Below, piece by piece: positions 20,742-32,091 of a DNA stretch of 58,492 bases. The position numbers were made by a program, and so were the translations under genes. Each line of letters starts with the position of its first letter. Position 1 is the stretch's first letter. This DNA is from an uncultured Atopobium sp. (lineage in GTDB: Bacteria > Actinomycetota > Coriobacteriia > Coriobacteriales > Atopobiaceae), in contig CALIZK010000032.1 in NCBI GenBank assembly GCA_938028635.1, positions 1 to 58,492 of the forward strand, given 5' to 3'. Under the pieces are notes generated by a model, which was not told the origin of the DNA, did not search any database, and saw nothing but the letters and a program-made list of their open reading frames with translations.

Positions 20742-21302
20742 TTAGTCCTGCTTGAATGGGAAGTGGAAGGCGTCGAGAAGTGCCTTACCCTCCTCGTTGG
20801 TGTTAGCAGTGGTGACAATGGTGATGTCCATACCGCGGGTGTGGTCCATCTTGTCAAAGTCAATCTCTGGGAAGATGAGCTGCTCAGTTACGCCCATGGA
20901 GAAGTTACCACGGCCGTCGAAGCTCTTAGCAGAGATACCACGGAAGTCGCGGATACGAGGAATTGCAACTGCGATCAGACGATCCAGGAACTCCCACATA
21001 CGATCGCCACGAAGGGTAACTTTAGCGCCGATTGGCATACCCTGGCGAAGCTTAAAGGTTGCGATAGACTTGCGAGCGTGTGTAACAAGTGGCTGCTGAC
21101 CAGTGATGGTACGGAGGTCGTTTACAGCGCCGTCAATTGCCTTAGCGTCTGTAGCTGCCTCGCCAACACCCATGTTGACAACGATCTTCTCAAACTTAGG
21201 AATCTGGTTAACGTTGGTGTAACCAAATTTCTCCTTCAGAGCATCACGCACGGATGCGTAGTAAAGCTCTTTAAGGCGAGGTGTGTACTTCTCGTCTGCC
21301 AT
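20742..21302 (-). CDS. rplE: 50S ribosomal protein L5
   Basis: [22 protein letters not shown]. Confidence 0.98.
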   Translation of the reverse strand: MADEKYTPRLKELYYASVRDALKEKFGYTNVNQIPKFEKIVVNMGVGEAATDAKAIDGAVNDLRTITGQQPLVTHARKSIATFKLRQGMPIGAKVTLRGDRMWEFLDRLIAVAIPRIRDFRGISAKSFDGRGNFSMGVTEQLIFPEIDFDKMDHTRGMDITIVTTANTNEEGKALLDAFHFPFKQD

Positions 21303-21528
21303 GGTTTCTCCTTAACTCTTGGGGTTTTAAGTGCGGGGATCGCCTCGCACCTCCTAGTTTGGCGAACTAGGAGCCATCTGCGTCCTCGAGACATACGTGT
21401 CCCATAGAAAGACGCAATGAACAATATTAGACCTTATTGAGCAAAAATGGGTCGAGAATTTCAAGCTAGCTGATATTTTTTCGTGTCATCACACGACTTA
21501 CACAACACCGCACTTCTCGCCCAAAAAG

Positions 21529-21559
21529 AAAACCCCGCTATCTGATGATAACGGGGTTT
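21529..21559 (-). terminator. Terminator after rplX
   Basis: AAACCCCG..CGGGGTTT stem followed by a T-rich tail on the minus strand. Confidence 0.7.
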
Positions 21560-21604
21560 GAAGTAGCTCTGAGATGTTTCTACAAAGCGAGAAACACGTA
21601 TAAC

Positions 21605-21922
21605 TTAGAGCTCAGCGCCTGACTTCTTGGAGACGCGGACCTTAGTGCCGTCCTCCTTGATCAGGTAGCCAACACGGGTTGGCTTGTCGGTCTTAGGGTC
21701 GATAAGAGCAACATTGGAAGCGTCGATTGCTGCCTCTGCCTCAACGATGCCACCCTGCTGGTTAGCTGCGTTTGGCTTGACATGGCGCTTTGCAATTGCA
21801 ACGCCCTCAACGACAACCTTGTTCTTCTCTGGATATACGCGAAGTACCTCGCCGCGCTTACCCTTGTCCTTACCAGTGAGGACCTCGACCTTGTCGCCCT
21901 TCTTGATCTTCATCTTAGGCAT
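21605..21922 (-). CDS. rplX: 50S ribosomal protein L24
   Basis: [21 protein letters not shown]. Confidence 0.98.
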   Translation of the reverse strand: MPKMKIKKGDKVEVLTGKDKGKRGEVLRVYPEKNKVVVEGVAIAKRHVKPNAANQQGGIVEAEAAIDASNVALIDPKTDKPTRVGYLIKEDGTKVRVSKKSGAEL

Positions 21923-21933
21923 GTCGTTCCTCC

Positions 21934-22302
21934 TTAAAGGGTCTCAGGTGCAAGTGAGACAATCTTCATGTACTTGTGGTCGCGCAGCTCACGAGCGACT
22001 GGTCCAAAGATACGAGTACCCTTGGGCTCACCCTCTTTGTTAACAAGAACGCATGCGTTCTGGTCAAAGCGGATGTAGCTACCGTCCTTGCGACGGGTGT
22101 CCTTAGCGGTACGAACGATGACGCAGCGAACAATGTCGCCCTTCTTCACCGAACCACCTGGAGTAGCCTCCTGGACAGCGCCAATGATGACGTCGGCAAG
22201 GCCGGCGTAACGACGCTTGGAGCCACCAAGGACCTTGACGCACTTTACGCGCCTTGCGCCGCTGTTGTCAGCGACGTTGAGAATGGTCTCCATCTGAATC
22301 AT
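21934..22302 (-). CDS. rplN: 50S ribosomal protein L14
   Basis: [18 protein letters not shown]. Confidence 0.98.
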   Translation of the reverse strand: MIQMETILNVADNSGARRVKCVKVLGGSKRRYAGLADVIIGAVQEATPGGSVKKGDIVRCVIVRTAKDTRRKDGSYIRFDQNACVLVNKEGEPKGTRIFGPVARELRDHKYMKIVSLAPETL

Positions 22303-22412
22303 GTGACGTTCCTCCGGAACCTAATTTCTCAGAGGTGCGCGTATTTGCGCACATGAGAAATAATGATAGATACAAAACTAGGTTGAGCTAAAAGCTGTTT
22401 CCTAGGTGCTAA

Positions 22413-22679
22413 TTACTTAGCGCGCTCAACGATCTCTGCGAGACGCCAACGCTTGGTCTTGGAAAGAGGACGAGTCTCCATGACACGGACGGTATCGCCC
22501 AGACCAGCCTCGTTGTTCTCATCGTGAACGTGAAGCTTCTTGCCGATGGTCATCATCTTGCCATACTTAGGGTGGTGCTTACGGTACGTAATCTCTACCG
22601 TAATCGTCTTGTCGCCAGAGATGGAGACGACGAGTCCGGTACGAACCTTACGCGCATTTCTGCTTTCGGTCTCTGCCAT
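22413..22679 (-). CDS. rpsQ: 30S ribosomal protein S17
   Basis: [17 protein letters not shown]. Confidence 0.98.
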   Translation of the reverse strand: MAETESRNARKVRTGLVVSISGDKTITVEITYRKHHPKYGKMMTIGKKLHVHDENNEAGLGDTVRVMETRPLSKTKRWRLAEIVERAK

Positions 22680-22696
22680 AACTTATCTCCTGCGAT

Positions 22697-22912
22697 CTAG
22701 TTCTGCTCTGCGGATGCTTCCGCAGCAATTTGACGGGTGCGCATCTCGGTCTGAACGCGAGCAATGTCACGCTTAACAGCCTTGACACGAGCGGTGTTGT
22801 CCAGCTGGCTGGTTGCCATCTGGAAACGAAGATTAAAGAGCTCTGCGCGGCCTTCCTCGAGTTTCTTAGCGAGGTCTGCATCGCTCATAGCCTTGATTTC
22901 GGTGTACTTCAT
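22697..22912 (-). CDS. rpmC: 50S ribosomal protein L29
   Basis: ELFNLRFQMAT..IAR. Confidence 0.97.
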   Translation of the reverse strand: MKYTEIKAMSDADLAKKLEEGRAELFNLRFQMATSQLDNTARVKAVKRDIARVQTEMRTRQIAAEASAEQN

Positions 22913-23337
22913 TAGTTCTCACCGTCCTGATCGGCCTTGGAGACAATCTTGGTCTTAATTGGAAGCTTGTGCTGAGCAAGACGGAGAGCCTCACGAGCAA
23001 CTTCCTCTGGTACGCCATCAATCTCGAACATGATACGACCAGGCTTAACAACTGCTACCCACTCTTCTGGGTTACCCTTACCGGAACCCATGCGAGTCTC
23101 TGCAGGCTTCTTGGTGATTGGCTTATCTGGGAAGATAGTAATCCAAACCTTACCGCCACGCTTCATCTCACGGGTGAGAGCAATACGAGCAGCCTCAATC
23201 TGGCGGTTAGTAATCCAGTGAGCCTCCTCTGCACGGATGCCCCAGGAACCAAAATGCAGCTGGGTATTACCCTTTGCCTGGCCCTTCATGGAACCGCGCT
23301 GTACCTTACGGTGCAATACACGCTTTGGAGCAAGCAT
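22912..23337 (-). CDS. rplP: 50S ribosomal protein L16
   Basis: [16 protein letters not shown]. Confidence 0.98.
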   Translation of the reverse strand: MLAPKRVLHRKVQRGSMKGQAKGNTQLHFGSWGIRAEEAHWITNRQIEAARIALTREMKRGGKVWITIFPDKPITKKPAETRMGSGKGNPEEWVAVVKPGRIMFEIDGVPEEVAREALRLAQHKLPIKTKIVSKADQDGEN

Positions 23338-24047
23338 TAACGGCCCCTCCTCTCATTGCGAGCACGACGAGGACGAGCGGAGCCCTCAAGAGCTGGGTTA
23401 GGTGTTGGCTGTCCAGGCATCTTCTCGCCGTAATAAATCCAAACCTTGATACCAACAGCGCCCATGGTGGTGCGACCTGTAGCGGTACCATAGCCGATTG
23501 CAGCACGAAGGGTGTGCAGAGGCACGCGACCCTCACGGTACCACTCACGGCGGCCCATCTCAGCACCGTTCAGACGACCGGAGCACTGGATACGAATACC
23601 CTTAGCGCCAGCCTTACGAGCGGACTGAACAGCCTTACGCATAGCGCGACGGAAAGCGACACGCTGCTCAAGCTGCTCTGCGATGGACTGAGCAACAAGG
23701 TTTGCGTCAAGCTCAGGACGCTTAACCTCAACAACATCAACGTTGACCTGACCCTTGCCGACCTTAGCAACACGCTCAAGATCTGCACGGAGGCCGTCAA
23801 TCTCTGCACCCTTCTTGCCAATGACAATACCAGGACGTGCGGAGAAAATAGTTACCTTGACCTTATCGCCAGCACGCTCGATATCAATACGAGCAACGGC
23901 TGCCTTCTCAAGGCGCTTCTCAAGATACTTGCGGATAGCAAGATCGTTGCCGAGCTGCTCGGCGTAGTCCTTATCGGCGTACCAACGAGAACGCCAGCTC
24001 TCGGTTACACCAAGACGGAAGCCTGTAGGCTGTACTTTCTGACCCAT
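23337..24047 (-). CDS. rpsC: 30S ribosomal protein S3
   Basis: [20 protein letters not shown]. Confidence 0.98.
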   Translation of the reverse strand: MGQKVQPTGFRLGVTESWRSRWYADKDYAEQLGNDLAIRKYLEKRLEKAAVARIDIERAGDKVKVTIFSARPGIVIGKKGAEIDGLRADLERVAKVGKGQVNVDVVEVKRPELDANLVAQSIAEQLEQRVAFRRAMRKAVQSARKAGAKGIRIQCSGRLNGAEMGRREWYREGRVPLHTLRAAIGYGTATGRTTMGAVGIKVWIYYGEKMPGQPTPNPALEGSARPRRARNERRGR

Positions 24048-24049
24048 TC

Positions 24050-24412
24050 CTACGCCTCCTTTCGAGGTGCAACGACAACGGTAATGTGGCTCATGCGCTT
24101 GTTAATGCGGGAAGCCGAACCCTTTGCACGAGGGCGAATACGCTTAAGCGTTGGGCCTTCGTCAACAAAAGCGGTCTTGACTACCAGGTTGTTAGCGCGG
24201 AGACCATTGTTGTTCTCAGCGTTAGCAACTGCAGAGCGCAGAACCTTAGCAACATCAGTAGCGGCAGCGCGAGTCGAGAACTGAAGAACCTCAAGGGCCT
24301 TCTCGACAGACTTACCGCGGACAAGCGCGACAACTGCGCGAGCCTTACGAGGAGCAACGCGAACATACTTAGCTGTTGCGCGAACCTCAATAGAATCGGT
24401 GTTCTTAGCCAT
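24050..24412 (-). CDS. rplV: 50S ribosomal protein L22
   Basis: [17 protein letters not shown]. Confidence 0.98.
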   Translation of the reverse strand: MAKNTDSIEVRATAKYVRVAPRKARAVVALVRGKSVEKALEVLQFSTRAAATDVAKVLRSAVANAENNNGLRANNLVVKTAFVDEGPTLKRIRPRAKGSASRINKRMSHITVVVAPRKEA

Positions 24413-24426
24413 TTACTACACTCCCC

Positions 24427-24687
24427 CTATTTGGCCTTGTGACCGCGGAAGGTACGGGATGGGGAGAACTCGCCCAACTTGTGACCAACCATGGACTCGG
24501 TGACGTACACAGGTACATGCTTACGACCATCGTGAACAGCGATGGTGTGACCGACCATCTCAGGGAAGATGGTTGAGGAACGTGACCAAGTCTTGATAAC
24601 GTCCTTCTTGCCAGCCTCGTTCATTGCAGCGACACGCGCAAGGAGGCGAGTCTCCACAAAGGGGCCTTTTTTGAGACTTCTGCTCAT
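24427..24687 (-). CDS. rpsS: 30S ribosomal protein S19
   Basis: [17 protein letters not shown]. Confidence 0.98.
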   Translation of the reverse strand: MSRSLKKGPFVETRLLARVAAMNEAGKKDVIKTWSRSSTIFPEMVGHTIAVHDGRKHVPVYVTESMVGHKLGEFSPSRTFRGHKAK

Positions 24688-24708
24688 TTATCTACTCCTA
24701 CTCGTGTC

Positions 24709-25545
24709 TTACTTGGACTTACGACGGCGAATGATCAGGCGGTTAGAAGCCTTCTTCGGGTCGCGGGTCTTATAACCCTTGGTTGGCTTACCCCATGGGG
24801 TGACGGAAGGACGACCAGAAGTGTGGTTCTTACCTTCACCACCGCCGTGTGGGTGGTCAACAGGGTTCATGACAGTACCACGGACGGTAGGACGGACGCC
24901 TGCCCAACGGGAACGACCAGCCTTACCAACAACAATGTTGGAGTGCTCAGCGTTACCAACCTCGCCGATGGTTGCACGGCAGGTCAGAAGAACACGACGG
25001 AGCTCGGAGGAAGGCATACGCAGAACTGCATAGCCGTTGTCCTTACCCATGAGCTGGACGGAAGTACCAGCAGCACGTGCCATTGCAGCACCCTTGCCAG
25101 GCTGGAACTCAACTGCGTGAACAAGAGTACCTACTGGAATCTGCTCAAGAGTGGTGCAGTTACCAGGCTTGATATCGATGTCCTTGGTACCAGAAAGAAC
25201 AGTGTCACCGACGCTCAGGCCCTCTGGGCAAAGGATGTATGCCTTTGCGCCGTCTGCATAGTGCAGAAGAGCAATACGAGCGGAACGGTTAGGATCGTAC
25301 TCAACAGTAGCGACCTTAGCTGGGATGTCATCCTTGCGACGCTTGAAGTCGATACGACGGTACTGGCGCTTGTGGCCACCACCCTGGTGACGGGTAGTGA
25401 TGCGGCCATTGTTGTTGCGGCCAGCCTTCTTTGGCAGAGGCTCGAGAAGGGACTTCTCGGGCTTATCAGTTGTAATCTCAGCAAAGTCTGAGATTGTCTG
25501 GAAGCGCCTGCCTGCGCTTGTTGGCTTTAGATGCCTAACTGCCAT
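24709..25545 (-). CDS. rplB: 50S ribosomal protein L2
   Basis: [21 protein letters not shown]. Confidence 0.98.
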   Translation of the reverse strand: MAVRHLKPTSAGRRFQTISDFAEITTDKPEKSLLEPLPKKAGRNNNGRITTRHQGGGHKRQYRRIDFKRRKDDIPAKVATVEYDPNRSARIALLHYADGAKAYILCPEGLSVGDTVLSGTKDIDIKPGNCTTLEQIPVGTLVHAVEFQPGKGAAMARAAGTSVQLMGKDNGYAVLRMPSSELRRVLLTCRATIGEVGNAEHSNIVVGKAGRSRWAGVRPTVRGTVMNPVDHPHGGGEGKNHTSGRPSVTPWGKPTKGYKTRDPKKASNRLIIRRRKSK

Positions 25546-25683
25546 AAACAGTATCCCTTTCTTCTCCGTTGGCTAGCCCGCTTAAGGGAAAGTCGAGCTA
25601 ACACCGGATTACCACGGTACCGCGCGTATCTACTATGCGCGGCATACGAACCCGTACCTCAAAAGAGGCACGGGAGAAAAACC

Positions 25684-25983
25684 TTACTCAGCAGAGTTAT
25701 TACCGAAGATCTCGATAGTCTCACCAGCAGCAAGGGTAACAATAGCCTTCTTCCACTGGCGGGTCTTGCCTGCCTGCTGATAACGTACACGCTTGTTCTT
25801 TGGCTTAACAGAAAGTATGTTTACCTTGGTGACGTGTACAGAGAAGAGCTTCTCTACAGCTGCAGCAATCTCTTCTTTACCTGCGTTACGAGCAACCTCA
25901 AAAGTGTACTTGCCCTGCTCCATCAGATCGAAAGCACGCTCTGAAACGATAGGACGAATGATGACCTCATAAGGAGAGTTCAT
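25684..25983 (-). CDS. rplW: 50S ribosomal protein L23
   Basis: PIVSE, YTFEV, WKKAIVTL. Confidence 0.97.
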   Translation of the reverse strand: MNSPYEVIIRPIVSERAFDLMEQGKYTFEVARNAGKEEIAAAVEKLFSVHVTKVNILSVKPKNKRVRYQQAGKTRQWKKAIVTLAAGETIEIFGNNSAE

Positions 25984-26609
25984 TATGCGAGCACCTCCCC
26001 AAGCTGCTTAGCGACATCAGCGGACATAACAAGTGCGCCGTTGTCGATCAGGAAACGAGTAGTAACCTCAGAAACGCCGAAGATTGAAACCTTAGGAAGG
26101 TTGCGGAAAGAGAGGTAAGTGTTGACGTCGTCGTCTGGGACGATAACGGTAACGCGCTTACCCTCAATACCGAGGTTCTGAAGTGCAGCCTTTGCCTGCT
26201 TGGTGGAAGGCTGAGCAAACTCGAGAGAGTCAACGAGGACAAGCTCGGAGTCTGCAACCTTGCCGGAGAGGACGGACCTCATAGCAAGCTTGACCATCTT
26301 GTTGTTAATACGACGTGCGTGGGAACGAGGGGTAGGTCCAAAGATGACGCCACCACCAGTCCACTGACCAGCACGAATAGAACCCTGGCGAGCACGACCA
26401 GTACCCTTCTGACGGTAAGGCTTAACGCCACCGCCGGATACCTCGTGACGGTTCTTTGTAGAGTGGGTACCCTGACGTGCGGATGCGTCCTGGCAGACTA
26501 CAACCTGGTGCACAACAGGGATGTTTGGCTCAATGCCATAGACGTCAGAGGAGAGCTCGGCGTCGCCGACCTTCTTTCCCTCTACGTTCTTAATCTCATA
26601 CTTGGACAT
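25983..26609 (-). CDS. rplD: 50S ribosomal protein L4
   Basis: RQGT..KPYRQKGTGRARQGS. Confidence 0.98.
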   Translation of the reverse strand: MSKYEIKNVEGKKVGDAELSSDVYGIEPNIPVVHQVVVCQDASARQGTHSTKNRHEVSGGGVKPYRQKGTGRARQGSIRAGQWTGGGVIFGPTPRSHARRINNKMVKLAMRSVLSGKVADSELVLVDSLEFAQPSTKQAKAALQNLGIEGKRVTVIVPDDDVNTYLSFRNLPKVSIFGVSEVTTRFLIDNGALVMSADVAKQLGEVLA

Positions 26610-26648
26610 GTTGTCTCCTTGTTAGCCTAAGTGTTTGCCTAAAGGCCC

Positions 26649-27269
26649 TTAGGCCATGCGGACCTGGACGAGGGCATTCTTGCCGCCAGGAACAGCACCC
26701 TTGATAAGCATGAGGTTCTGCTCAGCATCAACGCGGACAAGCTTAAGGTTCTTGACCGTAACGCGCTCTGCGCCCATGTGACCATACATGTGAAGGCCCT
26801 TACGAACGCGTGCAGGGTATGCGCACTGACCAATGGAACCTGGACGACGCTGGTTACGAGAACCGTGAGTCATTGGACCGCGAGAGAAGTTCCAGCGCTT
26901 AACGGTACCCTGGAAACCCTTACCCTTTGAAGTGCCTGTTACGTCAACAGCGGTGACCTCAGAGAAGTCAGCAACTGTGACAACATCGCCGGTCTTGTGC
27001 TCAGAAGCATCCTCAACGCGGACCTCGCGGAGGTAACGCATTGGCTCGACGCCCTGTGCCTTGAAGTGACCAGCCATTGGCTTGTTGACATGCTTCTCGG
27101 AGATGTCGCCGAAGCCAATCTGTACGGCATTGTAGCCGTCCGTCTCAACAGTCTTTACCTGTGAAACGGTGCAGGGGCCAGCAAGAACGACGGTAACAGG
27201 AACGACGTTGTCGTTCTCGTCCCATACCTGGGTCATGCCCAGCTTGCGGCCGAGGATGGTATTAACCAT
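26649..27269 (-). CDS. rplC: 50S ribosomal protein L3
   Basis: GRKLGMTQ, SKGKGFQG, KGAVPG; start set at MVNT. Confidence 0.98.
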   Translation of the reverse strand: MVNTILGRKLGMTQVWDENDNVVPVTVVLAGPCTVSQVKTVETDGYNAVQIGFGDISEKHVNKPMAGHFKAQGVEPMRYLREVRVEDASEHKTGDVVTVADFSEVTAVDVTGTSKGKGFQGTVKRWNFSRGPMTHGSRNQRRPGSIGQCAYPARVRKGLHMYGHMGAERVTVKNLKLVRVDAEQNLMLIKGAVPGGKNALVQVRMA

Positions 27270-27390
27270 GCTCTTTCCTAACCTTCGGTGGTCATGGGAC
27301 CTTGAGAGCACATCGGGTACTCTTCCCCAGCGGACCACGTCCTGTACATACTGCCTTTAGACATAATTGTCCTGTTTGAGCAGCCCGTCT

Positions 27391-27419
27391 ACTTTACACT
27401 CATTTTTGACAAGAAACAA
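27391..27419 (-). promoter_or_regulatory. Putative promoter for rplC
   Basis: TTGTTT-17 bp-TAAAGT on the minus strand. Confidence 0.5.
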
Positions 27420-27627
27420 GCCTAAAATCTCTAAAAGATGAACGCTTTGTGAAGACCGTTTGATGCCTTCTAGCTGCGAGATCTTTCTTCTCGCCTATTT
27501 TGCGAGGTCAAACCGCTGACCCGGGCGTATCTATTGGCGAGAAACCCGAAGATTTTTGCAAAATTTTTCCAAAAAATTTGTCGGAATGATTTACCGGAAC
27601 TAGTTACCGGGAAAATTGCGGTGAAGG

Positions 27628-28179
27628 CTATCTGGCTAAAATTTTCTTGAACAACGCTTCGCAGCCTTCTGTAACGTCCTCGTACGTCAGGTCAAAATTG
27701 CCCGAATACCATGGATCTGCGATATCGCGAGGCTTCTTTGTCCAGTCAAGAAGCAACGAAACCTTTCCAAGCGGATCATCCTTAAGTATACGCATCATGT
27801 TGCGCAGGTTGTTGTGATCCATGCCAACGAGGTAATCAAACTCCTCGTAATCTGCGCGAGTCATCTGTCTGGCACGATGATTGCCGCATTGAATCCCCTC
27901 TTGCTGCAGTTTTCTACGTGTGCGAGGGTCCACAGGATTGCCAATCTCTTCCGTGGATGTTGCGGCTGAGTCAATGAAGAACGATTCTGCCAGACCGTTT
28001 TTCTCGACAAGGTCTTGCATGACATATTGCGCCATAGTTGACCTGCAGATATTTCCGTGGCAGACGAAGAGTATTTTTATCATGCGGGAGTAATTTGGGC
28101 GAGCGTTTACCGAGCAGCCGATATTTAGCTGGTTACTTGCATTCTGCTGACCGCTTATGTTCTGCGAGCTTTGGTTCAT
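27628..28179 (-). CDS. Low-molecular-weight protein tyrosine phosphatase
   Basis: FVCHGNICRS P-loop and DPWY motif; GGAG RBS before 28179. Confidence 0.92.
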   Translation of the reverse strand: MNQSSQNISGQQNASNQLNIGCSVNARPNYSRMIKILFVCHGNICRSTMAQYVMQDLVEKNGLAESFFIDSAATSTEEIGNPVDPRTRRKLQQEGIQCGNHRARQMTRADYEEFDYLVGMDHNNLRNMMRILKDDPLGKVSLLLDWTKKPRDIADPWYSGNFDLTYEDVTEGCEALFKKILAR

Positions 28180-28281
28180 CTCTTCTCCTGTGCGCTGTAA
28201 AAGTATTCGCTTTCTAATTCTACGGGTTTCTCGCTAAACATACCCTTTACTCTGTAAAGCAACGTGCTCCTGCATTAGCCA

Positions 28282-28401
28282 GCCTGAAAAGTTCATCATG
28301 TCTGAGCAAATTTACTCAGACTTGATGAGAGAATCAGGCAAATCGCTCAGACATGGCGCACTTTTCCGGCAAATCGTTCAGACATGGCGAGAAAATCAGG
28401 C
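28282..28401. repeat. 120-bp intergenic element, subfamily 1
   Basis: Inverted unit plus three direct ~31-bp units; homologous to 45259-45378 and 52134-52253. Confidence 0.85.
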
Positions 28402-28405
28402 GAAA

Positions 28406-28495
28406 GCGGGTTCGGCGCAAGCGGGTTCGGCGCAAGCGGGTTCGGCGCAAGCGGGTTCGGCGCAAGCGGGTACGGCGCAAGCGGGTACGGCGCAA
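28406..28495. repeat. 15-bp tandem repeat x6
   Basis: GCGGGTTCGGCGCAA x4 then GCGGGTACGGCGCAA x2. Confidence 0.95.
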
Positions 28496-28513
28496 GCGGA
28501 AAGCCCGCCTATG

Positions 28514-28554
28514 CAAAAACCCTCCCGCGCGAAGAGCGCAGGAGAGTTTGCAAG
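28514..28554 (-). terminator. Terminator after rpsJ
   Basis: Minus strand CTCTCCTGCGC..GCGCGGGAGGG-TTTTT. Confidence 0.7.
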
Positions 28555-28572
28555 TTGGATTAAGCCGTATGC

Positions 28573-28881
28573 TTAGAGCTTGATCTCGATATCGACACCA
28601 GCTGGAAGGTCGAGACGCATAAGCGAATCAACGGTAGAAGCGCTTGGGTCGAGAATATCGATGAGACGCTTGTGGGTACGCATCTCAAACTGATCACGGG
28701 AATCCTTATCCTTGTGTGGGGAGCGGATAACCGTGTAAAGGTTGCGCTCGGTTGGCAGAGGGATAGGACCGGAAACACGCGCACCTGTCTTCTGTGCGGT
28801 GTCAACAATCAGCTTAGCGGACTGATCAATGACCTCGTGATCATAGCCCTTGAGGCGAATCCTGATCTTCTGGCTTGACAC
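28573..28881 (-). CDS. rpsJ: 30S ribosomal protein S10
   Basis: [26 protein letters not shown] start with GGAGGT RBS. Confidence 0.98.
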   Translation of the reverse strand: MSSQKIRIRLKGYDHEVIDQSAKLIVDTAQKTGARVSGPIPLPTERNLYTVIRSPHKDKDSRDQFEMRTHKRLIDILDPSASTVDSLMRLDLPAGVDIEIKL

Positions 28882-28924
28882 TTTGGGTACCTCCATACAT
28901 GAGCTAGAGCTCGTGGTCGTTTAC

Positions 28925-31021
28925 TTAGGATGCAGAGCCGCCGTTTTTGGCGACAATCTCTTCGCGTACAGCGTTAGGAACGGGCTCGTAAGAATCGAAC
29001 TGCATGGTGTAGCTCGCGCGGCCCTGGGTCTGGGAACGAAGGTCGGTTGCATAACCGAACATCTCACCAAGAGGCACCTTAGCACGGATGACCTTGGCGT
29101 CCATACGATCGTCCATACCCTCAATCTTGCCACGACGGGAAGAAAGGTTGCCCATAACGTCGCCCATGTACTGCTCAGGTGTCTCAACCTCAACAGACTC
29201 AACTGGCTCGAGAAGGACTGGGTTGGACTTCTTGAGAGCATCCTTAATTGCCATAGAACCAGCAATCTTGAATGCTGCCTCAGAAGAGTCGACCTCGTGG
29301 TAAGAACCGTCAACAAGGGTGACCTTGATGTCGACTACTGGGTAACCAGCAATAACGCCGTTCTCAAGAGCCTCACGAATGCCCTTATCGATAGATGGGA
29401 TGTACTCCTTAGGAATGACACCACCGACGATAGCGTTGACAAACTCGTAACCCTTGCCCTCTTCCTGTGGCTCAAGGTCGATGACTGCGTGGCCATACTG
29501 ACCCTTACCACCGGACTGACGGACAAACTTGCCCTCAGCGTGGCTTACTGCCTTACCAGCAGTCTCGCGGTAAGCAACCTGTGGCTTACCAACGTTGCAG
29601 TCAACCTTAAACTCACGACGGAGACGGTCAACAATAATCTCAAGGTGAAGCTCGCCCATACCAGCAATGATGGTCTGGCCAGTCTCGTGATCAGTGTGAA
29701 CCTGGAAGGTTGGGTCCTCTTCAGCCAGCTTAGCAAGGCCGATGGACATCTTCTCCTGCTCAGCCTTGGTCTTAGGCTCAACAGCAACGTCGATAACAGG
29801 ATCTGCGAAGCTGATGGACTCAAGGATGATTGGGTTCTTCTCGTCACAAAGGGTGTCACCAGTAGTGGTGTTCTTCAGACCAACGCATGCAACAATGTCG
29901 CCTGCGGAGCACTCGTCACGATCAACACGGTCGTTTGCGTTCATCTCAAGGATGCGGCCAAAGCGCTCACGGTTGTCCTTGACGGAGTTGTAGACGTAAG
30001 AACCTGCCTCTGCCTGACCAGAGTAAACACGAATGTAGGTAAGCTTACCAACATAAGGGTCAGTCATGATCTTGAATGCAAGAGCGGAGAATGGCTCCTT
30101 AACGTCTGCGTGACGGACAGCCTCGTCACCCTTAGGAGTGACGCCATCAATCTCTGGAACATCCAGAGGACTTGGAAGGAAGTCGATGACTGCGTCCAGA
30201 AGCTCCTGAATACCCTTGTTCTTGTAAGCAGAACCAACAAAGACAGGGTTAATCTGACCAGCAAGAACGCCAGCACGAAGAGCACCCTTAAGGGTCTCAA
30301 CGTCAACCTCTTCACCCTCGAGAACAGCCATCATGACGTCCTCAGAGAAGTCAGAAGCTGCCTCAAGAAGCTCTTCACGCTTCTCAGCTGCAATCTCTAC
30401 AAACTCTGCAGGAATCTCGTCGAGTGGCTCAGGGTAAATCATGCCCTTAGCATCCTCTTTGAAGTCCCATGCAGTGTTGGTGACAAGGTCGATAAGACCC
30501 CAGAAGTTGGACTCAGCGCCCATTGGGACCTGAGCTGCAATTGCGTTTGCGCCAAGGCGGTCACGCATGGTCTGGATTGCACGGAAGAAGTCTGCGCCTA
30601 CGCGGTCAAACTTGTTGATGAATGCAATACGAGGTACGCCGTACTTAGTTGCCTGACGCCAAACGGTCTCGGACTGTGGCTGAACGCCTGCAACTGCGTC
30701 GAAGACTGCAACTGCGCCGTCCAGAACACGAAGAGAACGCTCAACCTCAGCGGTAAAGTCAACGTGGCCTGGGGTGTCGATGATCTGGATGACGTGGTCT
30801 TTCCAGAAGCAAGTGGTAGCTGCGGAAGTAATGGTTACGCCGCGCTCCTGCTCCTGAACCATCCAGTCCATGGTTGCTGCACCGTCGTGGACCTCACCAA
30901 TCTTGTGGGTCTTACCGGTGTAGTAAAGAATACGCTCCGTAGTGGTTGTCTTACCAGCATCGATGTGAGCCATGATGCCGATGTTGCGGAGGTCTTTAAG
31001 ATTGTACTTAGTCTTAGCCAT
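28925..31021 (-). CDS. fusA: Elongation factor G
   Basis: [25 protein letters not shown]. Confidence 0.99.
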   Translation of the reverse strand: MAKTKYNLKDLRNIGIMAHIDAGKTTTTERILYYTGKTHKIGEVHDGAATMDWMVQEQERGVTITSAATTCFWKDHVIQIIDTPGHVDFTAEVERSLRVLDGAVAVFDAVAGVQPQSETVWRQATKYGVPRIAFINKFDRVGADFFRAIQTMRDRLGANAIAAQVPMGAESNFWGLIDLVTNTAWDFKEDAKGMIYPEPLDEIPAEFVEIAAEKREELLEAASDFSEDVMMAVLEGEEVDVETLKGALRAGVLAGQINPVFVGSAYKNKGIQELLDAVIDFLPSPLDVPEIDGVTPKGDEAVRHADVKEPFSALAFKIMTDPYVGKLTYIRVYSGQAEAGSYVYNSVKDNRERFGRILEMNANDRVDRDECSAGDIVACVGLKNTTTGDTLCDEKNPIILESISFADPVIDVAVEPKTKAEQEKMSIGLAKLAEEDPTFQVHTDHETGQTIIAGMGELHLEIIVDRLRREFKVDCNVGKPQVAYRETAGKAVSHAEGKFVRQSGGKGQYGHAVIDLEPQEEGKGYEFVNAIVGGVIPKEYIPSIDKGIREALENGVIAGYPVVDIKVTLVDGSYHEVDSSEAAFKIAGSMAIKDALKKSNPVLLEPVESVEVETPEQYMGDVMGNLSSRRGKIEGMDDRMDAKVIRAKVPLGEMFGYATDLRSQTQGRASYTMQFDSYEPVPNAVREEIVAKNGGSAS

Positions 31022-31045
31022 TTGTTTGCTACTCCTGAATTCCGA

Positions 31046-31516
31046 CTAGAAGCGGTAGTGGGAGAAGGCGCGGTTGGCCTCAGCCATCTTGTACAGGTCC
31101 TCGCGGCGCTTGACGGATGCACCTACGCCGTTAGTTGCGTCGATGATCTCGTTTGCAAGACGCTCTGCCATGGTCTTCTCTTTACGGCTACGGCTGAAAG
31201 TGACCATCCAGCGGATAGCAAGAGTAGTTGCACGGCGGGAGTTGACCTCCATTGGAACCTGGTAAGTAGCGCCACCAACACGCTTAGGCTTAACCTCGAG
31301 TGTTGGGCGAATGTTATCCATAGCCTTCTTGAAGACAGTGAGGGCATCCTCGCCAGTCTTCTCTGCGACGATGTCAAATGCACCGTAGACAATGCGCTCT
31401 GCGGTTGCTTTCTTGCCGTCGAGAAGGACCTTGTTAATGAGCTGGGTTACCAGACGATTGTTGTAGACGGCGTCAGGCATAACCTCACGACGTACTGCTG
31501 CTGCGCGACGCGGCAT
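31046..31516 (-). CDS. rpsG: 30S ribosomal protein S7
   Basis: [17 protein letters not shown]. Confidence 0.98.
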   Translation of the reverse strand: MPRRAAAVRREVMPDAVYNNRLVTQLINKVLLDGKKATAERIVYGAFDIVAEKTGEDALTVFKKAMDNIRPTLEVKPKRVGGATYQVPMEVNSRRATTLAIRWMVTFSRSRKEKTMAERLANEIIDATNGVGASVKRREDLYKMAEANRAFSHYRF

Positions 31517-31554
31517 ATTAATCTCCTAAGAACTAGTTCGAGTAGTGGACGTGA

Positions 31555-31926
31555 TTACTTAGCACGCTTAGTGCCGTAACGGGAACGGCCCTGAGCACGA
31601 TTCTGAACTGCTGCGCAGTCGAATGCACCGCGAACAACCTTGTAACGAACACCAGGAAGGTCACGGACACGGCCGCCACGAACCAGAACAATGGAGTGCT
31701 CCTGGAGGTTGTGGCCCTCACCAGGAATGTAAGCGGTTACCTCAATGCCATTAACAAGACGAACACGAGCAACCTTACGGAGTGCTGAGTTAGGCTTCTT
31801 TGGCGTAGTGGTGAAAACGCGGGTGCAAACACCACGCTTCTGTGGGTTGTGCTGAAGAGCGGCGTTCTTAGACTTTGACTTGACGCTCACGCGGCCCTTA
31901 CGTACGAGCTGGTTAATAGTAGGCAA
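31555..31926 (-). CDS. rpsL: 30S ribosomal protein S12
   Basis: [21 protein letters not shown] start with AAGGAG RBS. Confidence 0.98.
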   Translation of the reverse strand: MPTINQLVRKGRVSVKSKSKNAALQHNPQKRGVCTRVFTTTPKKPNSALRKVARVRLVNGIEVTAYIPGEGHNLQEHSIVLVRGGRVRDLPGVRYKVVRGAFDCAAVQNRAQGRSRYGTKRAK

Positions 31927-32015
31927 GATCTTCTCCTTCTTATACCTATCTACCTGCAGTTTTACATATTCGAAAGGCGACACAGCACTGTCCCCTTGGA
32001 ATTACGCAGGGAAGT

Positions 32016-32044
32016 ACTTTACGCTGATGAAAGCCACATGTCAA
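32016..32044 (-). promoter_or_regulatory. sigma70-type promoter of the str operon
   Basis: TTGACA-17 bp-TAAAGT. Confidence 0.75.
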
Positions 32045-32091
32045 CAAGCCACTGTGCCGGGCGTATCCATACTTCATAGAAATTACAAATG

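Noticed and set aside
28298..28583. ORFs with AGSAQ, RRKRV or RRTRL repeats
   Set aside because: All frames are open only because the 15-bp repeat lacks stops; no RBS, and they overlap a terminator
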